NCBI GenBank assembly: GCA_046583315.1
Contig: JAYGCN010000056.1
Coordinates: 1 to 35,569, forward strand
DNA from: Candidatus Hydrogenedentota bacterium
GTDB taxonomy: Bacteria > Hydrogenedentota > Hydrogenedentia > Hydrogenedentales > GCA-2746185
Direction of reading: 5' to 3'
Length of the DNA: 35,569 nt
The translations under genes were made by a program, and so were the position numbers. Positions 1-8,816 of this stretch are shown piece after piece. The number at the start of each line of letters is the position of its first letter. Position 1 is the first letter of the stretch. The notes under the pieces were generated by a model. That model worked only from the letters and a program-made list of their open reading frames with translations, was not told the origin of the DNA and ran no database searches.

Positions 1-484
1 CGGCCCCTTTTGCAAATTAACAACGGCCTTGCTACACGGCCGGATGAAGTCGGAGGATAAGGAGTCGATTCTGTCTGCATTCGCGGTCGGCGACGCGCAG
101 GTTTTGTTCAGCACCTCAGTAATCGAGGTTGGAATAGATTGTCCGAACGCAACGGTCATGATTATCGAGGACGCATCAAACTTCGGACTAACGCAATTGC
201 ATCAATTACGCGGACGCGTCGGACGCGGCAAGGCGCAGTCCCATTGTTTTCTCGTGGGCAAGCCAAAAACGAAAGAGGGCAAACAACGTATCGAAGCCTT
301 GTGTGCCACCAATGACGGCTTCATAATAGCGGAAGAGGATCTGAAACTGCGTGGCTCCGGTGAATTATACGGGACACGACAATCCGGCATGAGCGATTTC
401 CGTATTGCCGACCTAGTCAGAGATGTGCGCCTCCTCGAACAAGCCCGCAACGACGCTCACCTTTTCTTTGATAAGAAAAGGTAA
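1..484 (+). CDS. recG: ATP-dependent DNA helicase RecG, C-terminal part (5' end outside window)
   Basis: Frame open from base 2. Motifs LHGRMK, STSVIEVGIDCPNATVMIIEDA, FGLTQLHQLRGRVGRG and TRG-region DGFIIAEEDLKLRGSGELYGTRQSG. Confidence 0.95.
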   Translation, partial: GPFCKLTTALLHGRMKSEDKESILSAFAVGDAQVLFSTSVIEVGIDCPNATVMIIEDASNFGLTQLHQLRGRVGRGKAQSHCFLVGKPKTKEGKQRIEALCATNDGFIIAEEDLKLRGSGELYGTRQSGMSDFRIADLVRDVRLLEQARNDAHLFFDKKR

Positions 485-567
485 GACCAAAAGAATTTGG
501 AAAATACTATGTATTTTCAATGTTAACGCGAGTATTCAGTAAATATCCGAAGCGTTGTTGACGACAT

Positions 568-596
568 TTGACTAATGCGCGACGAACTTCTAAACT
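568..596 (+). promoter_or_regulatory. Putative sigma70 promoter TTGACT-N17-TAAACT
   Basis: -35 at 568-573, -10 at 591-596, 17-bp spacer, upstream of GGAG (620-623) and ATG 630. Confidence 0.55.
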
Positions 597-629
597 GGAT
601 ATAATTTCTTCTTGGCTCTGGAGTCCCTA

Positions 630-1607
630 ATGGATCAGAATGAGGCGAAGGTAAAGTTTCGGCAATCGGATGAGCTGTTTCAATTGGGCCAGCATGAGGA
701 TTCATTGCGAGTCTTATATGAGCTGAACGAAGCTTTTCCGAACACGAAGAACATTCTCTTCCCAATCGCGCGAAATCTCTTCGCGATCGGACGCTACAAC
801 GATGCGTTGAGCATCTGCGAAAAACTGATCATCTCGTTTAATTATCCTAAGGCCGTCGAACTCAAACGAAAGATTCAACAAGGCAAAGTTGGCTCCTCGT
901 CGGCCTTTCCTACCTCAGGCGTGCCCGGATTGGACAACGACGATTCGTTCGGGGAGGGAGAAATCCAGGGCGTGCACCTAAGTGATATCGGTCTCGATGA
1001 TGTTGACACCAGCGGAATCGAATCCTTACTCGCCGTGCCAACGGCGACTTCGAATGCAAGCGTTTCACCCATACCCGTAAACACGGGTTCGGATATGGGG
1101 AAGTGGCTTCTGTTGGGAGTTGCTATATTCGGGTTATTGCTTGTCGTAGGTGTTTTTGTCGCATTCTTGTCGAGCGGCGCGGCAGACATGACGAACGAGG
1201 ACGCACTCAATGGTCTAGGTGCCGGGCTCATGGCACTGATCTATTTAGCGGCGTTCTTCATTGGATGGGTGGCGACAACGACGATTGGGTATATCACCTT
1301 ACTTTTTCTAGGGGCGCTCCCCGAACATGGCCTCGTAGACAATCTGATCAACATCGGGAAGATTGCGCTTATCATGTCGCTGGTTTCCTTGATTCCGTTC
1401 GTTGGCGGATTTGTCGGTATATTTATTTTCGTGAGTAAATACGAAATTGGATTCAGTGGTTGTCTCGTATACTTACTCGTCGGGTTTTTCTCGTTCCTGT
1501 TGATGAGCTTTCTAATTTTCCTTCTCCTGTTCGCATTGGGTGCGAGTCTCTCCGCTTTGGATGTGGGTACGCCCGCACTCTACATGGGCTGTATTCCAAG
1601 CATCTAA
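630..1607 (+). CDS. Membrane protein: N-terminal TPR-like helices, acidic linker, about 5 C-terminal TM segments
   Basis: ORF 612-1607; ATG 630 has a GGAG RBS. TPR-like pattern FPIARNLFAIGRYNDALSICEKL and long hydrophobic stretches in the C-terminal half. Confidence 0.75.
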   Translation: MDQNEAKVKFRQSDELFQLGQHEDSLRVLYELNEAFPNTKNILFPIARNLFAIGRYNDALSICEKLIISFNYPKAVELKRKIQQGKVGSSSAFPTSGVPGLDNDDSFGEGEIQGVHLSDIGLDDVDTSGIESLLAVPTATSNASVSPIPVNTGSDMGKWLLLGVAIFGLLLVVGVFVAFLSSGAADMTNEDALNGLGAGLMALIYLAAFFIGWVATTTIGYITLLFLGALPEHGLVDNLINIGKIALIMSLVSLIPFVGGFVGIFIFVSKYEIGFSGCLVYLLVGFFSFLLMSFLIFLLLFALGASLSALDVGTPALYMGCIPSI

Positions 1608-1638
1608 ACCCTAACCACGATCTGCGTCTACCGCACCA

Positions 1639-2616
1639 TCAAGGCAATGTCGTTTGAAAGCGATCCACAGCCCGACCACCATAGCGCGTGTATTCGAGTC
1701 GAACGGCGTCAATCGTCAACCCCGACTTCCGTAGCCTTAGCGTGTCAAAAATGATGAGTGTACTGTCGCCCGGTCGAAGGCCTATCGATTCACCGCTGGA
1801 ATGTTCGTTTCCCGCTTTTTTCCACAGGTCCGGCGTGTCAGGAAGAAGTTGGAAATCTTTTTTCCCCTTTTCCTTCACATACACAAGAATGCCAAAGGTC
1901 GTCGGGTGTAGTTTCTTGACCAAGCCCGTCTCCGGAACGCCATCCCCCCATGGAATGTGCACGCGTATCGAGCGTTTTCCGGTATTCTCACAGCGAATCA
2001 CGATATCCTGTTTGTTGTCGGCAACCGAAGTATCCCAGGACGCGTGACCCAGCGTCTGGTAGTAGAGCCAGGCCCACCAACACATCGCGCCGAGCGTCAC
2101 AAGAATCAGGACGTTGCGCGGGCTTATCGACTCGGTCTTTTTCCGCGTTTCGATGGGCAATATTTCATCGTCGAGATCCAGCTGCTCGATGAAGTCCTCG
2201 AAGGGAAGTTCGATAGTCGAACCCAGGTCTGCTGACGTTTTCGCCGCGACGATGCTCCGGGCTCGTTCAAGTGATTCCTCGAATCCGTGCAGTTTGTCCG
2301 CGATAGAACGATTCTGCTTGTTGGCTTCCTTGGGTGCCATGGTGCCTTCGGAAACGGCTTCGATGATTTTTCGTTGCGCGCGGGAAAGTGTATACACCTC
2401 TTCCTCAAGAAGCGGGATGCTTTCTCGCTGGCTCGTGTGAATGGTGTCGGTAAGTTCACGTGCTTGTTTCACGTGGCGCTCGTAGCGATCCTTGACAAGA
2501 TCGAAATGAGTGAGGTCTACTCGATTTGTATCGCGCACGCGCAACCAGTTGGCCAATTCGAGTTCTGACTTTTCCAGATACGATAGCGCGAGATGATATC
2601 GTTCCAGAATGTCCAT
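1639..2616 (-). CDS. Hypothetical single-pass membrane protein (coiled-coil N-terminus, one TM, beta-rich C-terminus)
   Basis: 325-aa ORF just downstream of pyrG; TM segment VLILVTLGAMCWWAWLYY; helical charged N-terminal half. Confidence 0.7.
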   Translation of the reverse strand: MDILERYHLALSYLEKSELELANWLRVRDTNRVDLTHFDLVKDRYERHVKQARELTDTIHTSQRESIPLLEEEVYTLSRAQRKIIEAVSEGTMAPKEANKQNRSIADKLHGFEESLERARSIVAAKTSADLGSTIELPFEDFIEQLDLDDEILPIETRKKTESISPRNVLILVTLGAMCWWAWLYYQTLGHASWDTSVADNKQDIVIRCENTGKRSIRVHIPWGDGVPETGLVKKLHPTTFGILVYVKEKGKKDFQLLPDTPDLWKKAGNEHSSGESIGLRPGDSTLIIFDTLRLRKSGLTIDAVRLEYTRYGGRAVDRFQTTLP

Positions 2617-2663
2617 GACTATAGTGTACCTGCCAGGTTCACGGCCTGTCGACTCGCCCCTGT

Positions 2664-4289
2664 CTATTTTTTTCGTTGAGCCAGTGCGGCCTTGACGAAT
2701 GCGGAAAACATGGGTTGCGGCTTAAGCGGTGTGCTCTTAAATTCCGGGTGAAACTGTCCAGCGCAAAACCAGGGATGATCCGCGATTTCGATGATTTCGA
2801 CGAGTTCGTGATCGCCCAGCGTGTGTGTGCCGCTCACGATGAGTCCGGCTTTGTTCACCAGGTCGTCCAAGTACTCATTGTTGAACTCATAGCGATGACG
2901 ATGGCGTTCATGGATGATGTCCGCCTGATACGCGTCATGCGCGAAGGTGTCGGGCTTCAAGTTGCAACTATAGGCACCCAGACGCATCGTGCCGCCCATA
3001 TCCGTGACCCCGCGCTGTTCAGATAGCAGGGATATCACCGGGTGCGGTGTATCCGCATCAAATTCGGTCGAACTGGCATCTTTAAGCCCCAACAGGTTGC
3101 GTGCAATCTCGATCACGGCGATTTGCATGCCGAGGCAGATCCCCATGAAGGGCATTTTGGATTCGCGGGCGTACGTGACTGTGTCGATTTTGCCCTCGGT
3201 GCCACGTGAACCGAATCCGGGTCCGATCACAATGCCGTCGTAATCGTCCAGAACCGATGCGGTTGTCGTGCCATTTTCGAATTGTTCGGAGTCTATCCAG
3301 TCTAATTTCACTTTACAGTTGTTCGCGATTCCAGCATGCACGAAGGCTTCGTTAATCGATTTGTAGGCATCATCGTGGCCCACGTATTTCCCAACCGCCG
3401 CGATACTCACTTCATCGGTCGCTTCACTCATGCGCGCTACAACATCGTCCCATTGACTCATATCGCAGGCACGATCTTCGAGCTCGAGCGTTTTGATTAC
3501 AACAGAATCCAGCCCCTGCTTCTGAAGGTTCGAGGGAATCGCGTACAAGGGTGAAATGTCTTCCCCGCAGATTATCGCGTCCTCGGCCACGTCACAGAAC
3601 ATGGCTATCTTGCGCCGTTCCGCTTCATGCAACGAATGCGGACCGGTGCGGCACACGATAATGTTCGGTTGAATCCCGATATCCCGTAACGCGCGAACAC
3701 TGTGTTGCGTCGGTTTTGTTTTGAGTTCGCCGGCCGCCTCGATATACGGCACCAGCGTTACGTGAATGTAGCAACAACCGGCTTGGGGCACGTCGTACTT
3801 GAACTGACGAATCGCTTCGAGAAAGTGCAGGCCTTCAATGTCGCCCACCGTGCCGCCGATCTCGACGAGTGCAATATCGGTATCCTTTTCACTCTCTGTG
3901 GTAAGTGAACGAATGCGTGCCTTAATTTCGTCGGTGACGTGGGGGATAACCTGAACCGTTTTGCCCAGATACTCACCGCGCCGTTCTTTTTGGATGACGG
4001 AGTTGTACACGCTGCCGGTGGTGATGTTGGACTTCTGCGAAAGTTTGGCGTTCGTGAAGCGCTCGTAATGCCCAAGGTCCAAATCGGTTTCGGCTCCGTC
4101 GTCGGTGACAAAAACTTCGCCGTGTTCGTAAGGATTCATTGTGCCGGGGTCGACATTGAGATAGGGGTCCATCTTCATCATGGCTATTTTGTAGCCGCGG
4201 GACTCGAGCATGGTGCCAAGGCTCGCCGAAACGATGCCTTTGCCAATGGAGGATACTACGCCGCCGGTAATGAATACGTACTTGGGCAT
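2664..4289 (-). CDS. pyrG: CTP synthase
   Basis: KYVFITGGVVSSIGKG, DPYLNVDPGTMNPYEHGEVFVTDDGAETDLDLGHYERF, GICLGMQ, ERHRHRYE, QFHPEF. Confidence 0.98.
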   Translation of the reverse strand: MPKYVFITGGVVSSIGKGIVSASLGTMLESRGYKIAMMKMDPYLNVDPGTMNPYEHGEVFVTDDGAETDLDLGHYERFTNAKLSQKSNITTGSVYNSVIQKERRGEYLGKTVQVIPHVTDEIKARIRSLTTESEKDTDIALVEIGGTVGDIEGLHFLEAIRQFKYDVPQAGCCYIHVTLVPYIEAAGELKTKPTQHSVRALRDIGIQPNIIVCRTGPHSLHEAERRKIAMFCDVAEDAIICGEDISPLYAIPSNLQKQGLDSVVIKTLELEDRACDMSQWDDVVARMSEATDEVSIAAVGKYVGHDDAYKSINEAFVHAGIANNCKVKLDWIDSEQFENGTTTASVLDDYDGIVIGPGFGSRGTEGKIDTVTYARESKMPFMGICLGMQIAVIEIARNLLGLKDASSTEFDADTPHPVISLLSEQRGVTDMGGTMRLGAYSCNLKPDTFAHDAYQADIIHERHRHRYEFNNEYLDDLVNKAGLIVSGTHTLGDHELVEIIEIADHPWFCAGQFHPEFKSTPLKPQPMFSAFVKAALAQRKK

Positions 4290-5075
4290 TTAGTCAGATT
4301 TCCTTTCTGATTCTTCGGGATTCAGGGTATTTTCAAGCAATTGACGCACCCGTTCGAGGTCGCCCGGTGTGTCCACGCCAATGCTTTTGAATTCAGTCTC
4401 TACCACCGCAATGCGATGACCGTTTTCCAGCGCGCGCAGTTGCTCCAATTTTTCGGTTTGTTCCAGCGGCGTCGGTTTCATGGTCGCATAATCGAGCAGG
4501 AACGAACGTCGGAATACATAGAGTCCGATGTGCTGCCAATAAAGGTGACTCTCAGGCGCCTGGTCACTCACGTCGCGCATGTGGGGGATAGGACTGCGCG
4601 AGAAGTAGAGTGCCATTCCGTTCTTGTCGCAGACAACCTTCACAACGTTCGGATCGTTTATGTCATCAGGATTCGTGATGGCGTGTTTGGCCGTAGCCAT
4701 ATCCAGTTTGGGATCGGCGAGCATCACTTCAACGGCGCGATCAATGGTTTGCGGATCCAGCATCGGTTCGTCGCCCTGGACGTTGACGATGATGTCGGCG
4801 GTGGTGTTGCGAGCGACTTCGGCAATGCGGTCGGTTCCCGATGGATGGTCGGTGCTGGTCATCACGACGTGAATGTCGTAGGGCTCAAGTGCTTCGAGCA
4901 CGCGGAGGTCGTCCGTCGCGATCACTGCTTTGGAAATGCACTCCGCCTGCATCGCGCGTTCGTAGGTGTGTACAACGAGCGGTTTTCCGGCAAGTTCGGC
5001 GATGACTTTTCCAGGAAAGCGCTGAGAGGCAAATCGGGCGGGGATTACTGCAAGTATTTCGCGATCATTTGCCAT
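4290..5075 (-). CDS. kdsB: 3-deoxy-manno-octulosonate cytidylyltransferase (CMP-KDO synthetase)
   Basis: IPARFASQRFPGK, SGTDRIAE, VNVQGDEP, ALYFSRSPIP, HIGLY, EKLEQLRALENG. Start placed at ATG 5075 (MANDREILAV); stop abuts the pyrG ATG. Confidence 0.95.
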   Translation of the reverse strand: MANDREILAVIPARFASQRFPGKVIAELAGKPLVVHTYERAMQAECISKAVIATDDLRVLEALEPYDIHVVMTSTDHPSGTDRIAEVARNTTADIIVNVQGDEPMLDPQTIDRAVEVMLADPKLDMATAKHAITNPDDINDPNVVKVVCDKNGMALYFSRSPIPHMRDVSDQAPESHLYWQHIGLYVFRRSFLLDYATMKPTPLEQTEKLEQLRALENGHRIAVVETEFKSIGVDTPGDLERVRQLLENTLNPEESERKSD

Positions 5076-5237
5076 AACACTACGTTCCCAATCGTTTCTA
5101 CAACGGAACCCTATTGCTGAGCCGGAGTATCCCCGCAAATCAATTCGGTTACCAATGGATGGCTCACGACAGCCCGCAGACATCACTCTGGCATGGTGTG
5201 GAAGAAAAAGGAAAGTGCCGTTCCCCAACGGGATTTA

Positions 5238-5266
5238 AGACTAACACAGTGGAAGCGGGATTTCAA
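5238..5266 (-). promoter_or_regulatory. Putative sigma70 promoter for kdsB-pyrG: TTGAAA-N17-TAGTCT with extended -10 TG
   Basis: Minus strand reads TTGAAA tcccgcttccactgtgt TAGTCT and lies just past the korB terminator. Confidence 0.55.
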
Positions 5267-5322
5267 TGTCCTTCATGAATTTCCCGTCGAATACGTCATT
5301 GGGGGCGTAGAAGTGCGTCACG

Positions 5323-5361
5323 AAATAGAAATCGCCCGCCTTGGCGTTGAAGGCGGGCGAT
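5323..5361 (-). terminator. Intrinsic terminator after korB
   Basis: Perfect 12-bp stem ATCGCCCGCCTT/AAGGCGGGCGAT, 7-nt loop, followed by TTCTATTT on the minus strand. Confidence 0.8.
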
Positions 5362-5388
5362 GTGAAGTACATCCAATGGCGTTGCCGA

Positions 5389-6447
5389 CTACTTATACGC
5401 TTCCATGATCGCCTCGAAGATTTCTTTGGAAGGACGAACCCGGTCACTGGGAAGCGTCGCGAGTGGCTCCTCGATCAGGTTCATGGCATCTGAGAGAGAC
5501 GGGGTGTCGTTGTGGAAGTAGATGAGGCCTGTATAGAAGTGTTGCTCTTCAGTGGCCTCGTCAAGCAACGCAAGCGCTTTCATTTTGTCGTTGGGATCGT
5601 AATCATGGTCGACTTTCTTCAGTGTAATCTTTGAGCCGTCGTGCATCGTGACCTGGGTGGACGTGCCCGGATCGTATTCGACTTCAATCTGCTCGAAAGC
5701 AGGAATAAAGTCGATATCGTGCAGGGGATCTTCGTGTTCGCGTGCATAACTCACGCTCTTGGTAGAGTCTTCGTGATTGTTGAAAGTGACGCAAGGGGAA
5801 ATAATGTCGAGAATGGCCGTGCCGTTGTGTGACATCGCCGCCTTGATTAGGGTGCGCACCTGGTTGGTGTCGCCGGAGAATGAACGGGCAACGAATCCGC
5901 ATCCCATCTGAATCGCGAGGGAGCAGATGTCGATCGGTGGAAGTTCGTTCGGGGCGTTGGCGCCTTTGATGACCGCGCCCTTGTCTGCGGTGGCAGAAAA
6001 CTGGCCTTTGGTGAGTCCATAACAGCCGTTATTTTCAACGATGTACACGATTGGCACGTTGCGCCGAATCATGTGCATGAAATTTCCAAGGCCGATGGAA
6101 GCGGTGTCCCCGTCGCCGCTGACACCAAGATTTCTCATCTGTCTGTTCGCTACCGAGGCGCCTGTGGCAATGGTAGACATGCGTCCGTGTACGGTGTTGA
6201 AGCCGTGGGACTGATCGAGGAAGTAGTTAGGTGTTTTGCTGGAGCAGCCGATGCCGCTCATTTTCGCTATCTTGTGAGGAGGCAGCCCCAGTTCATGACA
6301 CGCCTTGATGATCGAACTGGTGATGGCATCATGTCCACAACCCTTGCACAACGTGGATTTGGAGCCTTTGTAATCGTCCAGCAGAAGACCGATGTGATTA
6401 AGCTTGGTCTTTTTCGCTTTCGGAACCGTTTCGGTTTCAGGGGCCAT
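5389..6447 (-). CDS. korB: 2-oxoacid:ferredoxin oxidoreductase beta subunit
   Basis: CKGCG, SGIGCSSK, HGR, TPP-binding GDGD...NNGCYGLTKGQFS, SPCVTFN. Substrate (2-oxoglutarate) inferred from context only. Confidence 0.9.
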   Translation of the reverse strand: MAPETETVPKAKKTKLNHIGLLLDDYKGSKSTLCKGCGHDAITSSIIKACHELGLPPHKIAKMSGIGCSSKTPNYFLDQSHGFNTVHGRMSTIATGASVANRQMRNLGVSGDGDTASIGLGNFMHMIRRNVPIVYIVENNGCYGLTKGQFSATADKGAVIKGANAPNELPPIDICSLAIQMGCGFVARSFSGDTNQVRTLIKAAMSHNGTAILDIISPCVTFNNHEDSTKSVSYAREHEDPLHDIDFIPAFEQIEVEYDPGTSTQVTMHDGSKITLKKVDHDYDPNDKMKALALLDEATEEQHFYTGLIYFHNDTPSLSDAMNLIEEPLATLPSDRVRPSKEIFEAIMEAYK

Positions 6448-6462
6448 TGGGTGTTCCTTAAA

Positions 6463-8301
6463 TTACGCTTCGTGAGCGGTCAGTTGAGTGACAATGGTTT
6501 CCGCATCAATGGGCATTCCGTCGTAATGGAGAATGGACTTGATGCGTGTGCCGTATTCAGGGTATTCAGACTTGAGAATCGAGGCGACCTGGCCGTCGCG
6601 GTTTTGTTCGACCACGTAAAGGGTCTTGTGTTTAGCAAGATACGCCTCGACTTCGCCGTTGAACGGTATTGCCCGAATGCGCATATAGTTTGTTGTGATG
6701 TCGTGGCCTTCGCCCAGAAGGTGACGCGCTTCTTGCACGGCCAAATCACTGGAGCCGTAAGCGATGATGCCAATGTCTGTGTTTTCACTTTGTTCCACAA
6801 CCGGTCGCGGAACGAGTGTCTTCGCGGTTTCATATTTGCGTGCAAGACGATCAATGTTCGTCTTCCAGACATCCGAACGCTCGGAGTACACCGCGCTTTC
6901 GTCATGACCGGTACCCCGCGTGAAGTACGCCGCGTCTTTATGTTTTGTGCCTGGCACCGTGCGGTAGGGAATCCCGTCGCCGTCAACATCTTTGTAGCGA
7001 TTGAAGGAGTCTACTTCATCAAGTTCCGCAGCAGAAAGTACTTTTCCCCTCGGGACGGCTCCATCGGAAGGCGGCGTGAAGGGATCGACTACCCATTTGT
7101 TCATTCCCAGATCCAAATCCGTCATCAGGAACACGAGCGTTTGAAGTTGCTCGGCCAAATCAAGCGATTCCATCGCGTATTCGTAACACTCTTCAATCGA
7201 ACCTGGAATTAAAAGGACGTGGCGGGTGTCGCCGTGGGAAAGTTGGTAGGCACTCATAATATCGCCTTGGGAATTTCGCGTCGGCAGCCCCGTGCTCGGT
7301 CCCATGCGCTGCACATCCACGATGACCGCGGGAATTTCCGCGAAATAGGAGAGTCCAGCCATCTCGGCCATAAGCGAGATACCAGGGCCCGAGGTAGCCG
7401 TGCACGCACGCGCTCCTGCCCATCCGGCACCAAGCACCATGCCAATCGAGGCAATTTCGTCTTCGGCCTGTATAACGGCATAGGTGGCTTTACCCGTTTC
7501 CGGGTCGTTTCGATACTTATTCAGGAAGGTTTCAAGGTTCTCACACACACTGCTGCTTGGCGTGATGGGGTACCAGGCGGCGACCGTAACGCCACCAAAC
7601 ATCAGGCCCAGCGCAGTCGCTTCGTTGCCTTCGATGATGATTTGGCCCTGAGTCAATTCGCGTGCTTCCAGACGATGACTCAGCTTGGCATCAAGGCTCT
7701 GGTCCGCCCATTGGTATCCGACCGTTGCGGCATCTTTATTGATGTTTGCCGCAGCGGGTTTGTTTCCGAATTGATGATCGATCGCATCTGCGATGATCTT
7801 GATATCCACATCAAGCAGCCATGCGAGAACCCCGACATAAATGACGTTGACAACTTTTTTTCGCAAACGCGTGTCGGTCGTTGCTTCTTTCACGAGGGCA
7901 TTGAAAGGAACTACGATAACTTGAATGTCATCACGTTTAACATGCGACTTGAGACTTTCATTGATGATAAGCGTCGATCCGGAAGGAAGTTCGGCGACAT
8001 CGTTTTCGGCCGTCTGCGGATTCATTACGATCACGATGTCCGTATGGTTCTTTTGAGCAAGCCATCCGTCTTCGTTCACGCGAATCGTGAACCAGGTGGG
8101 AAGGCCGGAAATGTTGGACGGGAAAAGATTTTTTGCGCCGACAGGAATGCCCATGTGAAAGATGGAACGCATGAGAATCAGATTGGCCGACTGGCTACCC
8201 GATCCGTTTTCTGTAGCGATTTTTATTACGGCGTTATTGATTAAAGAGTCGGATGATTCCAAAGTCGTTTGTGACTCGGTTTCCGATACCACCTGTGTCA
8301 T
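6463..8301 (-). CDS. korA: 2-oxoacid:acceptor oxidoreductase alpha subunit (gamma-alpha fusion)
   Basis: NGSGSQS N-terminal gamma-type domain, YPITPSS, QAEDEIAS, TATSGPGISLM, VQRMGPSTGLPTR, VEQNRDGQ. Confidence 0.9.
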   Translation of the reverse strand: MTQVVSETESQTTLESSDSLINNAVIKIATENGSGSQSANLILMRSIFHMGIPVGAKNLFPSNISGLPTWFTIRVNEDGWLAQKNHTDIVIVMNPQTAENDVAELPSGSTLIINESLKSHVKRDDIQVIVVPFNALVKEATTDTRLRKKVVNVIYVGVLAWLLDVDIKIIADAIDHQFGNKPAAANINKDAATVGYQWADQSLDAKLSHRLEARELTQGQIIIEGNEATALGLMFGGVTVAAWYPITPSSSVCENLETFLNKYRNDPETGKATYAVIQAEDEIASIGMVLGAGWAGARACTATSGPGISLMAEMAGLSYFAEIPAVIVDVQRMGPSTGLPTRNSQGDIMSAYQLSHGDTRHVLLIPGSIEECYEYAMESLDLAEQLQTLVFLMTDLDLGMNKWVVDPFTPPSDGAVPRGKVLSAAELDEVDSFNRYKDVDGDGIPYRTVPGTKHKDAAYFTRGTGHDESAVYSERSDVWKTNIDRLARKYETAKTLVPRPVVEQSENTDIGIIAYGSSDLAVQEARHLLGEGHDITTNYMRIRAIPFNGEVEAYLAKHKTLYVVEQNRDGQVASILKSEYPEYGTRIKSILHYDGMPIDAETIVTQLTAHEA

Positions 8302-8816
8302 GAATTTAACTCCAATTACTGTCCAGTTATTCTGGATTCGGTTCTATAACAATTGTTATGGAAGGGGGAGCATCTACCCCCTCTATGTAATCTTTGCTTC
8401 ACAATCCACACCATTGGTCGGGGAGTAAACCCCTTGTTTCAACGCGAAAAAGCATCAATTTAGGTAAAACTTGCAAAAGCTTACTCTTGTAACTGTCAAA
8501 AATCAAGCACTTTCTGTTTTTTTTAATTCCTTTGTAACTATTTTCTCTCAAACAGTGAATCTTGGTTGTTTGCAGGGGTGGAGGGGCTAACGATGAACCT
8601 GAAAGGGATACGCATTGTAGACGTGGCACGCAAGATTTTGAGAAAGCCAAGTATTTACAGGTAAATAATCGTGATTTCCAACCTCTATTACTGTAATTAT
8701 GCCACAAGTTGACCAAAATGTACAAGTTTAATGGAATTTATCAGATGAAGATTTCGCATATTTCGACGGTACTATCAATGATTTTCGCTCGGTTGAAGCA
8801 GTAAAAAAATTACGCC

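Noticed and set aside
5076..5228. 51-aa N-terminal extension of KdsB from a TTG start
   Set aside because: KdsB similarity begins near MANDREILAV; the TTG sits at the predicted TSS, and an open stretch this long can occur by chance.
5241..5447. Short minus-strand ORF after korB (MYFTSPAFNAK...)
   Set aside because: Runs through the korB terminator hairpin and the predicted kdsB promoter; no clear RBS.
8385..8404. ATGTAAT...TTCACAA as a Rex or CRP box upstream of korA
   Set aside because: Half-sites are 8 bp apart instead of 6 and the left arm is poor.
8399..8725. 108-aa minus-strand ORF in the lpdA-korA gap
   Set aside because: TTG start, no RBS, atypical composition in AT-rich regulatory DNA.
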